Shown: positions 23,660-37,300 of the stretch, in pieces
Layout of the letters: each line of letters starts with the position of its first letter
How positions within the stretch are numbered: the first letter of the stretch is position 1
The notes under the pieces: model-generated
What the model was told of the DNA's origin: nothing
The model's database searches: none
What the model saw: only the letters and a program-made list of their open reading frames with translations
Made by a program: the position numbers and the translations under genes
Source: Eledone cirrhosa
Taxonomy: Eukaryota
Length of the DNA: 64,000 bases
Direction of reading: 5' to 3'
NCBI GenBank assembly: GCA_964016885.1
Contig: CAXHJY010000151.1
Span: 62,001-126,000, forward strand

Positions 23660-24340
23660 TTAGTTAGATCTGCATTGCGTACATTTTATATAATTTATGC
23701 CAGTTCCTTTTCTGCATATCGAACATGGCCATTTCCCTGACGGAATAGAGTTTTGTCCTCTTTCGTGACACAAAGTACAGCCAGCGGCATCATTGCGGAC
23801 AGACTTAATCCCGAATTGCACTGACACACTGCCTCTCAATACGGAACACCGCACGTCTTTGATCTTCTTCCCGTCGATCAGCCTCCTTGCCATGCTAAGT
23901 ACACCTGACGTCTAGCTTCTCTCTTAGCGGCGGCTTTATATTCTTCTCTACTCCCACTAATTTTCCAAGCATTCCATGCTAGCCTTTAGTCTCCAATGGC
24001 CCGATCTACCGTGCTGTCCCACCACCATGTCACTCTCTGTCTGGTTGGAACTCTGATCCAGCCACAAGTTTAATCAGTAGCCTGCAATAAGTTGTCACAT
24101 AAGAAAATCGAGTTCTCATGTATGTCATACGACTGTGAATCGTCTTCTTTTTCGTCATACACATATTGAAGGGCTTTCCTAAATTTCTATTTTAGTGAAA
24201 TCTCTTTTAGCTTCCAGACCTTTCTTTTTTCCACATCTTCCTGTATGTCTCAATCATACCTGGAGCTGTCCAACATGACCATTGAAATCCCCTGCTAGCA
24301 TAACGATGTCTCCGTCCTGTCATTGTGGCTGTTTGTAAAA
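23660..24340 (-). mobile_element. rearranged LINE fragments (Cys finger and endonuclease/linker pieces)
   Basis: SGKWPCSICRKGTGINYIKCTQCRS, and IVMLAGDFNGHVG (APE motif) near 24265-24310. Partly duplicated at 25540-25940; copy at 62784-63464. Confidence 0.7.
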
Positions 24341-25098
24341 ATTGCTTGTAAATGAAGTCTTTCTTTTCTTTACCTAGCAGAAGCAATTAACACTAACCCA
24401 ACTGTAACACTAACCCTAACACTAACTTATGCAGGCCTAGGTAAAGACAAGAAAGATAAAACAAGGAGTGATGCTTCTTGAATTTTGTGATGCAAGTGTT
24501 TTAACCATTTGCAAAACCAACTTCCACAAACCTGCCTCACTGCCGCCTAATAACCTACAAATCAGGCAAGCACAGAAGCCGGATTTCTCGGTAGTTAGGC
24601 AGCGAGACAGACAGATGGGGTGTGAAGTACCAGGGTGTGCCCCGGGGAGGAATGTTTCCCACAGCGTGGGTTGGTTGTTGGTGATGTCTCGGTTATATTG
24701 AGACGGAGTGAGACGTGCAGGAATACTCTCACGGAATCGCCAAATGAGGTTTATTTTTCAACATAGTCCCTGGAATGAAACAATGTGGTTATTAAGAAGA
24801 ATTGAAATTAATGTAAGATTTCACAGATCTATGATCAATCCTTCACAGTCAGCTTACAAAGTTTTCAGCCAAACCTTGTGTATTTCCAACATTTCAAACC
24901 CTATCTAGGACTACATTATCTAATGTACAGTACAGTAGTTAGTATTAGTGGCTATCAGACATAGTGTATCTAAATGCAACATTTTTAACATTGTTTTTTT
25001 TTTCTTTTCTTTTCTTTTCTTATTCAGATGACAGACGGCAGAGGATACAATAGAAGAAAAGAACAATGATAATTATTATTATTATTATTGTTGTTATT

Positions 25099-25492
25099 CC
25101 TTGAATCTCAGTCATTGATGTTGGTTAACTGGAAAGTCCGTTGGAATGAATATCAAGCCACTACCTGCAGCCTCAGATATTCAGGACGTATCGGAGGGTT
25201 CTTGCTGTTCCAAGCAAGCATGCCTTTTGAAGCGTTCCAAAAAGCGTGAAGGGGCCGATTTTCTTTAACCATCCCTGGAAACTTTTGGAGATGGACAAAA
25301 AACTGGAACACAATAGACCTGACCTGGTGGTTGTGGACAAAGAAAAAAGATCGTGTCTGATTGTGGATGTGGCCTGCCCGTTCAACACGAGAGTGCAAGA
25401 GAAGGAGAGGGAGAAAATTAACCGATACCAGGACCTAAAGTGGGAGGTGAAAAGGATTTGGAACTTCCATGAAGTCAAAGTGATCCCGATTG
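25099..25492 (-). mobile_element. R4/Dong-like RLE non-LTR retrotransposon 3' end with inverted 5' segment, inserted in (ATT)n
   Basis: Minus strand 25292-25173 gives ISKSFQGWLKKIG...LQKACLLGTARTLRYVLNI*, then a UTR and (TAA)n tail. Plus strand 25294-25491 gives HNRPDLVVVDK...IVDVACP...EKINRYQDL...VKVIPI. Confidence 0.82.
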
Positions 25493-25533
<41 letters not shown>

Positions 25534-25936
25534 TATTATTTGTTTTATTATAATCAAAATATGCTGTTAGTTAGATCTGCATTGTGTACATTTTATATAA
25601 TTTATGCCAGTTCCTTTTCTACATATCGAACATGGCCATTTCCCTGACGGAATAGAGTTTTGTCCTCTTTTCTACTCATCAACACTCATTCGTGACACAA
25701 AGTACAGCCAGCGGCATCATTGCGGACAGACTTAATCCTGATTTGCACTGACACACTGCCTCGCAATACGGAACACCGCACGTCTTTGATCTTCTTCCCG
25801 TCGATCAGCCTCCTTGCCATGCAAAGTACACCTGACGTCTAGCTTCTCTCTTAGCGGCGGCGGCTGTATATTCTTCTCTACTCCCACTAATTTTCCAAGC
25901 ATTCCATGCTAGTCTTTAGTCTCCAATGGCCCGATC

Positions 25937-26090
25937 TACAGTTTCTGTCTCAACTCGTCTATGCTTGGTCGTTCCCGCACATTGACATTGCACATCCAAC
26001 GGAGCATGCTTGCTTCATTTCTCTCCAGCCGTCGCATGTCCTCTGCAGTTGCTGCCCGTGTCTCACTACCATGCAGCATCGCGCATCTAA
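25937..26090 (-). mobile_element. RTE LINE fragment
   Basis: AMLHGSET...MRRLERNEASMLRWMCNV...ELRQKL. Confidence 0.75.
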
Positions 26091-26129
26091 ACCTGGCCCT
26101 TACCCTAACCCCAACCTCTTTGGTTTTCG

Positions 26130-26966
26130 TTTTCTCGACGGCTAGCCGCATTTCGTGATCCGCCTTTCGATTGCGCTTCCGTCGCGGCAAAAGAATTGCC
26201 TTTCCAGACCGCCGTCGCCCGACCGGACCCATGATAGAAGACGTTCGTTACCGTTGGAGCAACGCAAATTACTCCTCGGTTGACGCCAAAAACGAACGCC
26301 TTCCCGCCTCGCGCCGCCTTCTCCTCGCCGACCCTCGGCCTCGACGATTAGCCACTTTCCGTCACAGCAGTAGATACGCGTCCGTCGTAATAGCCGTCAT
26401 TTTAACGCAGGAGAAACGCCTAATTGCCCTGCACCGCGTTTGACGGCGATCTACGACGGCGACGATGCGCGCACTCTTCCTTGCTGCGACGAAGGTTTCG
26501 GCTTTTCGTCGTGGACCCGGTCAGGTCATGCCGCTGACCTCGCGTTACGGCGACGCGAGAAGACGTTCGTTACCGCTGGAGCAACGCAAATTACTCCTCG
26601 GTTGACGCCAAAAACGAACGCCTCGCGCCGCCGCTTCCTCCTCGGCCTCGACGATTAGCCGCTTTCCGTCACAGCAGTAGATACGCGTCCATCGTAATAG
26701 CCGTCATTTTAACGCAGGAGAAACGCCTTGACGACGATATACGACGGGTCGACGACGCGCGCACTCTTTCTGCTGCGACGAAGGTTTTGGCTTTTCGTTG
26801 TGGACCCGGTCGGGTCATGCCTCTGACCTCGCGTTGCGTCGCCACCGCCGCGGCGGGCTTGGGTTTAGCCGTAGCTACCCTCGTTTTGCCAACGGCGACG
26901 CGAGAAGACGTTCGTTACCGCTGGAGCAACGCAAATTACTCCTCGGATGAGGCCAAAAACGAACGC
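26130..26966 (+). repeat. diverged orphan copy of the spacer/ETS-like region
   Basis: Shares the 169-bp unit sequence and the ETS-like GTCACAGCAGTAG..GTAATAGCCGTCATTTTAA block (twice); no 18S follows. Confidence 0.85.
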
Positions 26967-27045
26967 TGAAGAGATATTGTCCATGGATATCGGGAATTTT
27001 ACCCGCCCTAGATAGATAGATAGATAGGGATGTATGTATGTATGT

Positions 27046-27087
<42 letters not shown>

Positions 27088-27466
27088 GTATGTATCTTTC
27101 TCATTCTCTCTGTATGTATGTATGTATGTATATATATATAATTATATATTTATAGACATCCTGAAAGCTTTTTAAATGTCTGAGAGATTGGCTAAATATG
27201 TTTTGCAGGTATGACCAGTAAGAGAGAGGTAAGTTATTTCAAAACAATTCTTTGACCATTATTTTAAGGTACTATCTCAGTGTATTTTTAAATTGACCTC
27301 TTGATAGGATGAAATGACCTGTATAATTTTTTTCATATTTAGATGGAATAGAAGAAAAACAAGAAAAATGAAATGAATTCAAACAGAAAATATACACCAA
27401 TGCCAATGGAGGTATGATTTCAGTTTAATCTTAACCTAATGACCACTTTACAGAGTGTACTGGATA

Positions 27467-27539
<73 letters not shown>

Positions 27540-27949
27540 AGGAAGCTCCAACCGTTAAGGTTGTCTTTCCATTTATTAATATATTGTGTATTTACTCCAC
27601 TAAACTGTTGAGTGCTTTATATCAGTTATAAAAAAATTTCAGCTTGTTGAATCCCAAAATAGTTGTTGAAACAGCCACAGCTCAGCCGTCGGGGTCCTGA
27701 ATATTTATCATATATATATACGTATGAGTGTGTGTGTTTTGAGAATTAATAATTATATAAACAAGTTTGTAATGAACAATTTATTTCTTATCAAAACTGT
27801 ATAAACATGATATTATTTACAGTAAGAATAACAATAATAATGATGGTTTCTAGTAAAGGTGGAAGGCCAGTAATTTGGGGGAGGGGAAAGTTGATTAAAT
27901 CGAAGAGAGAAAGAAAGAAAAAACAGAACGGGAAGGAGAGGGGATGGCA

Positions 27950-28490
27950 AGAGGTCCGGTGTCGCAGGAGAGAGGGGAGGGTGGTTGAGCTTTGAGTCTA
28001 GGGCAAGAGGGCAGAAATGCTGCGCCCCACGGATAAGACGGCAAAAATATTCTCGCGGACGATGGCCAGAGATACCCAATGCAACAACCACCCAACCTCG
28101 CGGTGTTCCCTCCTCAGATGGGCTGCTGACTCTCCGATCTTTTGGAGGAGCTCGGCAGTACAAGGTCCAAGTACTCCTGGGGTCTCGACGTTGACTGGTG
28201 CAGAGAGGAAGTGGCCGGACAATCCTCGGTATTTGTTTATTTTACGTTCTTCTGCGAGGTGGGCTGCGATGCCGGGGTTTGTGACCGAAACGACTTGGAA
28301 ACGAAGTTGTAGGCGGAGATTGTGTCGTAGCTGGTGGTGTCCCAGATGAGGGACCTACGTCCTTCGAATGGGAAGAGAGTGATTCCGTCGGGGCGCTTGC
28401 CATCTCCGGGACCTGTTGGCCCCAGTTGTGATGGGAAGCCAGCTGCGTCCAGGCTTCTTCTCAATATGTCGTTGACAACGACGTGTATCT
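27950..28490 (-). mobile_element. CRE-like RLE non-LTR retrotransposon C-terminal fragment
   Basis: HVVVNDILRRSLDAAGFPSQL...GDGKRPDGITLFPF..RSLIWDTTSYDT and WLLHWVSLAIVREN; frameshifted. Confidence 0.72.
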
Positions 28491-29030
28491 ATTCAATAAT
28501 TATTTGAATATTGAAATTTTAGGTTTAACTACCTTTTAAACCAAATACATTAAGAAAGGCATGACCAACACCACATCATTTTTATTTCTATTTTGAAAGT
28601 AGGTTTATAAGTATTAAATTTCAGTAGATTCTTATATCCTTCATGGTGGTCTGGTGGGAGATACGAGAGATGGTGGAGGTTCTGGTCTGGGGTTCAATCC
28701 TGCTCAGGAGATACTCTAAGGGGGTTCATACTAAACTTCTTCAGTGTTTCTTATCTCTAGAGACAAATATATATACATAAGGTAATCTGGTAAAGTTGTT
28801 AGAACATCACATAGAATTCTTTGTAGTATTTTTTCCAGTTCTTCAATCTGAGTTCAACTTTACTTTTCTTCCATTCGGGGTTGATAATAACGTACCAGTC
28901 AAATACTAGGGGTTAATTCTTCCTCTATATCTCTTTCTCACTCTCTGTCTGTTTTATTAAGACCTGGAGAGGTGATGTACTCTACCAGGTTTTATAATGA
29001 GTGATGGGGTCATACCTGCCTGCTACACCT

Positions 29031-29352
29031 CTGTGTACTAAGTGTAGCATATTATATCCTTGTTCAGGGCCTTCCTGACATTACTGTGTACTAAGGGTAG
29101 CATTTTATATCCTTGTTCAGGGCCATCTTAACATTGCTGTGTACTAAGTGTAGCATATTATATCCTTGTTCGGGGCCTTCCTGACATTAGTGTGTACTGA
29201 GTGTAGATTTTAACATCCTTGTTCTGGGCCTTCCTAACATTACTGTGTACTGAGTGTAGATTTTAACATCTTTGTTCAGAGCCTTCCTTACATTACTGTG
29301 TACTAAGTGTAGCATTTCATATACTTGTTCTGGGCCTTCCTAACGTTACTGT
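29031..29352. repeat. 53-bp minisatellite, ~6 units
   Basis: CTGTGTACTAAG at 29031, 29084 and onward. Confidence 0.85.
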
Positions 29353-29354
29353 GG

Positions 29355-30120
29355 AAATAGTAGTTTATATCCAATATGTAATATAGATATGGATTCTACA
29401 GGACTAAAACTCATTAATATGAGGGGTATTAGTAGATTATATGCCATATTTAATAGAGAAATGGCTTCTACAAGACTAAAACTCATTAATATGAGGGGTA
29501 TTACAGTTTATATGCCATATTTAATACAGAAATGGCTTCTAAAGGACTAGAACTCTTTAAATTGAATAAAATAGTAGTATATATCCTATGTTTAATACAG
29601 AAATGCCTTCTAAAGGACTCATTAATATGAGGGTATTAGTAGATTATATAACATATTTAATACAGAAATGGCTTTTAAATTCAGGGACTCGTTAATTTGA
29701 TGGAAATAGTAGTGTCTATGCAATATTTAATACAGAAATAGCTTCTACAGGACTAAAACTAATTAATATGAGGGGTATTAGTAGTATATGTGCCATATTT
29801 AATACAGAGATGGCTTCTAAATGGAGGTATCTCATTAATTCGATTGAAATGGTAGTGTATATGCAATATTTAATACAGAAATAGCTTCTACAAGAATAAA
29901 ACTCATTAATATGAAGGTTATTATTACATTATATGCCATATTTAATACAGAAATCGGTTCTAAAGGACTAGAACTCTTTAATTCAAATCAAATAGTAGTA
30001 TAAAGCAATATTTACTACAGAAATGGCTTCTACAAGACTAAAAATCCTTAATATGAGGGGTATTGTTAGATTATATACCATATTTAATACAGAAATGGCT
30101 TCTAAATGAAGAAATCTCTT
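29355..30120. repeat. AT-rich ~71-bp minisatellite
   Basis: Repeated ATATTTAATACAGAAATGGCTTCTA motif. Confidence 0.85.
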
Positions 30121-30783
30121 TAATTCGATAGTAATAGTAATAATAATAATAGTAATAGTAATAATACAGCCAATTTTCCACGCAATACTTTTAGTTAGCA
30201 CCCCGAACGCATAATTGGGAATATAATCACTTATTTCCTAATGTTTGTTGAGTGAGTTGGGAAAAAAAACTTGGGAAATATATTTTCAGGGTCTCAAAAT
30301 CTTAAAGAGAAAAAAAAGTCCTGTGGAAGGTAGCAAAACAATTAGGAAGAAAATGGTTTGAAGTTGGTTGGTGAGTATAAGATTACAGTATCTTGTTGAT
30401 TTCTATAAAGTTTACTTTTAACTGAATTGGTAAAAATGGATAAATTAGAAGACACAATATAATAACTAATATTGTCTTCTAAAACAGGGAATAAAAATAT
30501 GTTGGTGTATTGGGGGGGGGGGGGTAAACATGTGAGTTAATGGGAATGTTTTTGTTTGTTTTTATTGAAACATATTCAATCTACAGATAGGTTGTTATAG
30601 TTATTTAGTCTCGGGTCTGCCATTATCTGCAGATTTATAATTGAGGGGTGTTCCAGGTGTGACCACCCTACATTATTCCTAGAGATTGTTACTCCTTCAT
30701 TCTTCAGTCATCTTGGTCTTCTTATGAGATGGTGGTGTAGTCTTATTTATTGTTAAGGTTATGGTCTTCCTTTGTCCACACTC

Positions 30784-30821
<38 letters not shown>

Positions 30822-32376
30822 AAAGGCTTCCTTCTCTGGAAAAAGATGATTTAATATTCACAACCATCTGTCTAATTGTTTTCTGATGAGAATAAAGTTA
30901 ATCTTGCTTGTATGTCTACCTGATCAAATGACTGGCTGATATCTTGAAGTCATTTACACCACAGAACTGTAGGAGTCTTGATCCCTCAAGCCATACCTCT
31001 AGCCATCATGTACTCCAAAAGAGTCTCACCTTGGTGCTACTCAACATGTCCATTAAATTTAGCAGCAAGGATGCCCTCTTCTTAGTGAGAGACAACTACA
31101 AGAGAGGTTCTTAGAGAAGAATAAGCCACTATAGTTAACTTTTGTTGACATAGAGAACCCCGATCTGTCATCTGGTGGTCCTTAAGGAAACTAGGTGTAG
31201 GGGAATGGCTTGTGAGGACAGTGCAAGCTATGTACAAGGGTGCTGTCAGTAAAGTGAGAGGAGGAATTCCAGAAACAAAGTAGGTGTACATCAGGGTTCG
31301 GTCCTCAGTCCGCTCTTGTTCATTATAGTCCTCCCTCCCTCCCTCCCTCCCTCCCTCCAAGCCATAACAGAGGAGGAGTAGTTTAAGACTGGATGCCCAT
31401 GGGAACTTCTCTATGCTGACGATCTGGTTCTTATAGCAGAATCAGTAGAGGAGCTAGCTAGAGAATAAATTCTGGCTATGGAAACAGCAGTAGTTGGAAT
31501 CAAGAAGACTGAGAGTGAACCTAGCTAAGACAAAAGTGTTTATAAGTAGAAGAGAGGACAAAACTCTGATTCTGTCAGGGAAATGGCCATGTTCGATATG
31601 TAGGAAAGGAGTTGGCATAAATTCTATGAAATGTAGTACGCAATGCAGATCTTGGCTACACAAGAGATGTAGTGGGATAGCAGGAAAACTGACTGACAGG
31701 TAGGGAGAAATACGTATGCAGTAGATGTACAGGGAAATTTGACAGAGATTGCAGTGATAGACACATTTTTCAAATGCAGGTGGGATCTATAGAGGGAGTT
31801 GATAGCTTCTGATACCTAGGTGATCAGATTAGTAAGGGAGGAGGGTGATATAAAATATATTGTTATCATGACTGTCTTTATTATTTAAATTACCTCTGTC
31901 TATTTACAGATTTTACAGAGTGTACTGGGTGCTTTTATGATGGGAGCAGCAACTCTATACGATTTTACAGAGTGTACTTGGTGCTTTTATCATGGCACAT
32001 GGCAGCAGCAGCAGCAGCAACTACGATTTTACAGAGTGTACTTGGTGCTTTTTACTCTGACATCAGCACTGAGGAAGTTGTCATATTTTCAGCTAAATTA
32101 ATGAGTAGAAAAACCAAGTTTCTGCTACAAAAAATTCTCAGATTCAAGGGAGACATTCAGTTTAAGTATGGTATACTGTCACTAAGGCAGCAAATTGGCA
32201 GAGTCGCTAGAATATCAGATAGCATTCTTTACATTATTTGTTTCAGCTCTCTGTTCTCTCAATTCAAATCCTGCTCAGGTCAACTTTGCCTTTCATCCAT
32301 ACAAAATAGATTAATAAAAGTACCAGTGTATTACTGGGGTCAATTCTTCTTCTAACTCTTCTGCACTTCCATTCTC

Positions 32377-32413
<37 letters not shown>

Positions 32414-33065
32414 GCTTCTTTAGAACACATCTGCTGTATTCAGACCTGGAGCGGAGATGGGCTCCACCAAGTTTTAAAAATTGCCCTTTAAGCGCTGTAT
32501 GTCAATATGGTGCCCCTATGATTCCCTCCCTCAGGAGTTATGGGACCATAGATACTGTCAATTGTAAAGAATAACAGAGATATTCAGTGCTAGTGTGGTG
32601 TTCTGTCAGTTGTGGAGATTGATGAATCTAAACAGAAATATCAACAGCACTTTTCATTTCTGAGTAACACATTTGTTACCAAGTGCTGCATGGCTGGAAT
32701 GAAAATCAGTGCTGTGAAAACCAAGACATTCATCCTCTCAAGGAAGCTTGTGCAGTGCACTCTACATGTAAATGGAGTCCCACTGAAGCAGGTAGAAAAG
32801 TTCATGTATCTCGAAGCTGTGTTCACGAGTGATGACAGAGACGGCAAAGGCACAACACACAACAGAAGAAAAGAACAATGACAATTATTATTATTATTAT
32901 TATTATTATTTGTTTTATTAGTTTTATTATAATAAAAATTGTGCTGTTAGTTTGCTTGCTATACCATCATGTACCCTAACCCTAAACCTAACCCCAACTC
33001 CAACTCTGACCCTAAACCTAACCCCAACCCCAACCCCAACCCTAACCCTAACCCTAACCCTAACC

Positions 33066-33826
33066 CACGATAGAAGACGTTCGTTACCGCTGGAGCAACG
33101 CAAATTACTCCTCGGTTGACGCCAAAAACGAACGCCTTCTCGACGGCTAGCCGCATTTCGTGATCCGCCTTTCGATTGCGCTTCCGTCGCGGAAAAAGAA
33201 TTGCCTTTATAGGCCGCCGCCGCCGCCCGACCGGACCCACGATAGAAGACGTTCGTTACCGCTGGAGCAACGCAAATTACTCCTCGGTTGACGCCAAAAA
33301 CGAACGCCTTCTCGACGGCTAGCCGCATTTCGTGATCCGCCTTTCGATTGCGCTTCCGTCGCGGAAAAAGAATTGCCTTTATAGGCCGCCGCCGCCGCCC
33401 GACCGGACCCACGATAGAAGACGTTCGTTACCGCTGGAGCAACGCAAATTACTCCTCGGTTGACGCCAAAAACGAACGCCTTCTCGACGGCTAGCCGCAT
33501 TTCGTGATCCGCCTTTCGATTGCGCTTCCGTCGCGGAAAAAGAATTGCCTTTATAGGCCGCCGCCGCCGCCCGACCGGACCCACGATAGAAGACGTTCGT
33601 TACCGCTGGAGCAACGCAAATTACTCCTCGGTTGACGCCAAAAACGAACGCCTTCTCGACGGCTAGCCGCATTTCGTGATCCGCCTTTCGATTGCGCTTC
33701 CGTCGCGGAAAAAGAATTGCCTTTATAGGCCGCCGCCGCCGCCCGACCGGACCCACGATAGAAGACGTTCGTTACCGCTGGAGCAACGCAAATTACTCCT
33801 CGGTTGACGCCAAAAACGAACGCCTT
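33066..33826 (+). repeat. 172-bp spacer-like tandem repeat, copy 2
   Basis: ORF starts 33240, 33412, 33584, 33756 are 172 bp apart. Confidence 0.85.
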
Positions 33827-34176
33827 CCGGTTCGGGCGACGTAAAAGTCTGTAGCCTTTTCGCCGATCCTCGACGATTATCCGCCTTCCGAACAACCGCC
33901 GTCACAGCAGTAGGTACTCGTCCGTCGTAATAGCCGTCATTTTAATGCAGGAGAAACGCCTAAATGCACTGCGATTGACGACGATCTACGACGCGCTTAC
34001 TCTTCCTTGCTGCGACGAAGGTTTCGTTCGGCTTTTCGTCGTGGACCCGGTCAGGTCATGCCGCTGATCTCGCGTTGCGTCGTTACCGCTGGAGCAACGC
34101 AAATTACTCCTCGTTTAACGCCAACATCGAACGCGCTTCGGTTCTCGGTCGTCGTTGTTTTGTTTCGTGCGGAAGA

Positions 34177-34361
34177 TACCTGGGTGATCCTGCCAGTAGT
34201 CATATGCTTGTCTCAAAGCTTAAGCCATGCAAGTGGAAGTTCATGCCGTAAACGAAAATGGTGAAACCGCGAATGGCTCAGGAACCGGATCTAATCCTCG
34301 GGACCGTATTCCTCACCGCGAGGAGAGGATAACTGTGGCAATTCTAGAGCTAATACATGCA
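34177..34361 (+). pseudogene. 18S rRNA 5'-terminal fragment, copy 2
   Basis: Same sequence as 4451-4635. Confidence 0.93.
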
Positions 34362-34365
34362 ATTG

Positions 34366-37300
34366 AGATCGGAGAGGGAGCGATCCGTCTGCTTGATTCC
34401 GATAACGAACGAGACATTCGTATCCGAAAGAACGTTTGTCTGGAAACTGGTGCAGTCAGTGAGTCGAAAAAAAAATATCTCGGTGGTAGTGGCAAATATT
34501 CGAACGAGACATTCGTATGCGAAAGAACGTTTGTCGGTGGTAGTAGCAAATATTCGAACGAGACATTCGTATGCGAAAGAACGTTTGTCTGGAAGTGGCG
34601 ATCCATGCCCGGTGGATAGTTGGTTCCGGGTTTTACTATGATTGTTGCAAAACAGAAACTTAAAGGGATTGACAGAATTTGCGATTACGGAGAGGGGGCG
34701 ATCCGTCTGCTTGATTCCGATAACGAACGAGACATTCGTATCCGAAAGAACGTTTGTCTGGAAACTGGTGAGTCAGTGAGTCGAAAAAAAAATATCTCGG
34801 TGGTAGTAGCAAATATTCGAACGAGACATTCGTATGCGAAAGAACGTTTGTCGGTGGTAGTAGCAAATATTCGAACGAGACATTCGTATGCGAAAGAACG
34901 TTTGTCTGGAAGTGGCGATCCATGCACGGTGGATAGTTGGTTCCGGGTTTTACTATGATTGTTGCAAAACAGAAACTTAAAGGGATTGACAGAATTTGCG
35001 ATTACGGAGAGGGGGCGATCCGTCTGCTTGATTCCGATAACGAACGAGACATTCGTATCCGAAAGAACGTTTGTCTGGAAACTGGTGAGTCAGTGAGTCG
35101 AAAAAAAAATATCTCGGTGGTAGTAGCAAATATTCGAACGAGACATTCGTATGCGAAAGAACGTTTGTCGGTGGTAGTAGCAAATATTCGAACGAGACAT
35201 TCGTATGCGAAAGAACGTTTGTCTGGAAGTGGCGATCCATGCCCGGTGGATAGTTGGTTCCGGGTTTTACTATGATTGTTGCAAAACAGAAACTTAAAGG
35301 GATTGACAGAATTTGCGATTACGGAGAGGGGGCGATCCGTCTGCTTGATTCCGATAACGAACGAGACATTCGTATCCGAAAGAACGTTTGTCTGGAAACT
35401 GGTGAGTCAGTGAGTCGAAAAAAAAATATCTCGGTGGTAGTGGCAAATATTCGAACGAGACATTCGTATGCGAAAGAACGTTTGTCGGTGGTAGTAGCAA
35501 ATATTCGAACGAGACATTCGTATGCGAAAGAACGTTTGTCTGGAAGTGGCGATCCATGCCCGGTGGATAGTTGGTTCCGGGTTTTACTATGATTGTTGCA
35601 AAACAGAAACTTAAAGGGATTGACAGAATTTGCGATTCCGGAGAGAGGGCGATCCGTCTGCTTGATTCCGATAACGAACGAGACATTCGTATCCGAAAGA
35701 ACGTTTGTCTGGAAACTGGTGAGTCAGTGAGTCGAAAAAAAAATATCTCGGTGGTAGTAGCAAATATTCGAACGAGACATTCGTATGCGAAAGAACGTTT
35801 GTCGGTGGTAGTAGCAAATATTCGAACGAGACATTCGTATGCGAAAGAACGTTTGTCTGGAAGTGGCGATCCATGCTCGGTGGATAGTTGGTTCCGGGTT
35901 TTACTATGATTGTTGCAAAACAGAAACTTAAAGGGATTGACAGAATTTGCGATTCCGGAGAGGGGGCGATCCGTCTGCTTGATTCCGATAACGAACGAGA
36001 CATTCGTATCCGAAAGAACGTTTGTCTGGAAACTGGTGAGTCGAAAAAAAAATATCTCGGTGGTAGTAGCAAATATTCGTATGCGAAAGAAAAGATCTCG
36101 GTGGTAGTAGCAAATATTCGAACGAGACATTCGTAGGCGAAAGAAAAATATCTCGGTGGTAGTAGCAAATATTCGAACGAGACATTCGTATGCGAAAGAA
36201 CGTTTGTCGGTGGTAGTAGCAAATATTCGAACGAGACATTCGTATGCGAAAGAACGTTTGTCGGTGGTAGTAGCAAATATTCGAACGAGACATTCGTATG
36301 CGAAAGAACGTTTGTCTGGAAGTGGCGATCCATGCCCGGTGGATAGTTGGTTCCGGGTTTTACTATGATTGTTGCAAAACAGAAACTTAAAGGGATTGAC
36401 AGAATTTGCGATTCCGGAGAGGGGGCGATCCGTCTGCTTGAATCCGATAACGAACGAGACATTCGTATCCGAAAGAACGTTTGTCTGGAAACTGGTGAGT
36501 CAGTGAGTCGAAAAAAAAATATCTCGGTGGTAGTAGCAAATATTCGTATGCGAAAGAAAAGATCTCGGTGGTAGTAGCAAATATTCGAACGAGACATTCG
36601 TAGGCGAAAGAAAAATATCTCGGTGGTAGTAGCAAATATTCGAACGAGACATTCGTATTCGAAAGAACGTTTGTCTGGAAGTTGCGATCCATGCCCGGTG
36701 GATAGTTGGTTCCGGGTTTTACTATGATTGTTGCAAAACAGAAACTTAAAGGGATTGACAGAATTTGCGATTCCGGAGAGGGGGCGATCCGTCTGCTTGA
36801 TTCCGATAACGAACGAGACATTCGTATCCGAAAGAACGTTTGTCTGGAAACTGGTGAGTCAGTGAGTCGAAAAAAAAAATATCTCGGTGGTAGTAGCAAC
36901 TATTCGAACGAGACATTCGTATGCGAAAGAACGTTTGTCGGTGGTAGTAGCAAATATTCGAACGAGACATTCGTATGCGAAAGAACGTTTGTCTGGAAGT
37001 GGCGATCCATGCCCGGTGGATAGTTGGTTCCGGGTTTTACTATGATTGTTGCAAAACAGAAACTTAAAGGGATTGACAGAATTTGCGATTCCGGAGAGAG
37101 GGCGATCCGTCTGCTTGATTCCGATAACGAACGAGACATTCGTATCCGAAAGAACGTTTGTCTGGAAACTGGTGAGTCAGTGAGTCGAAAAAAAAATATC
37201 TCGGTGGTAGTAGCAAATATTCGAACGAGACATTCGTATGCGAAAGAAAAATATCTCGGTGGTAGTAGCAAATATTCGAACGAGACATTCGTATGCGAAA

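Noticed and set aside
25099-28490. R2-type insertion into the rDNA-like cassette
   Set aside because: The RLE fragments sit in (ATT)n or AT-rich DNA far from any 28S target site.
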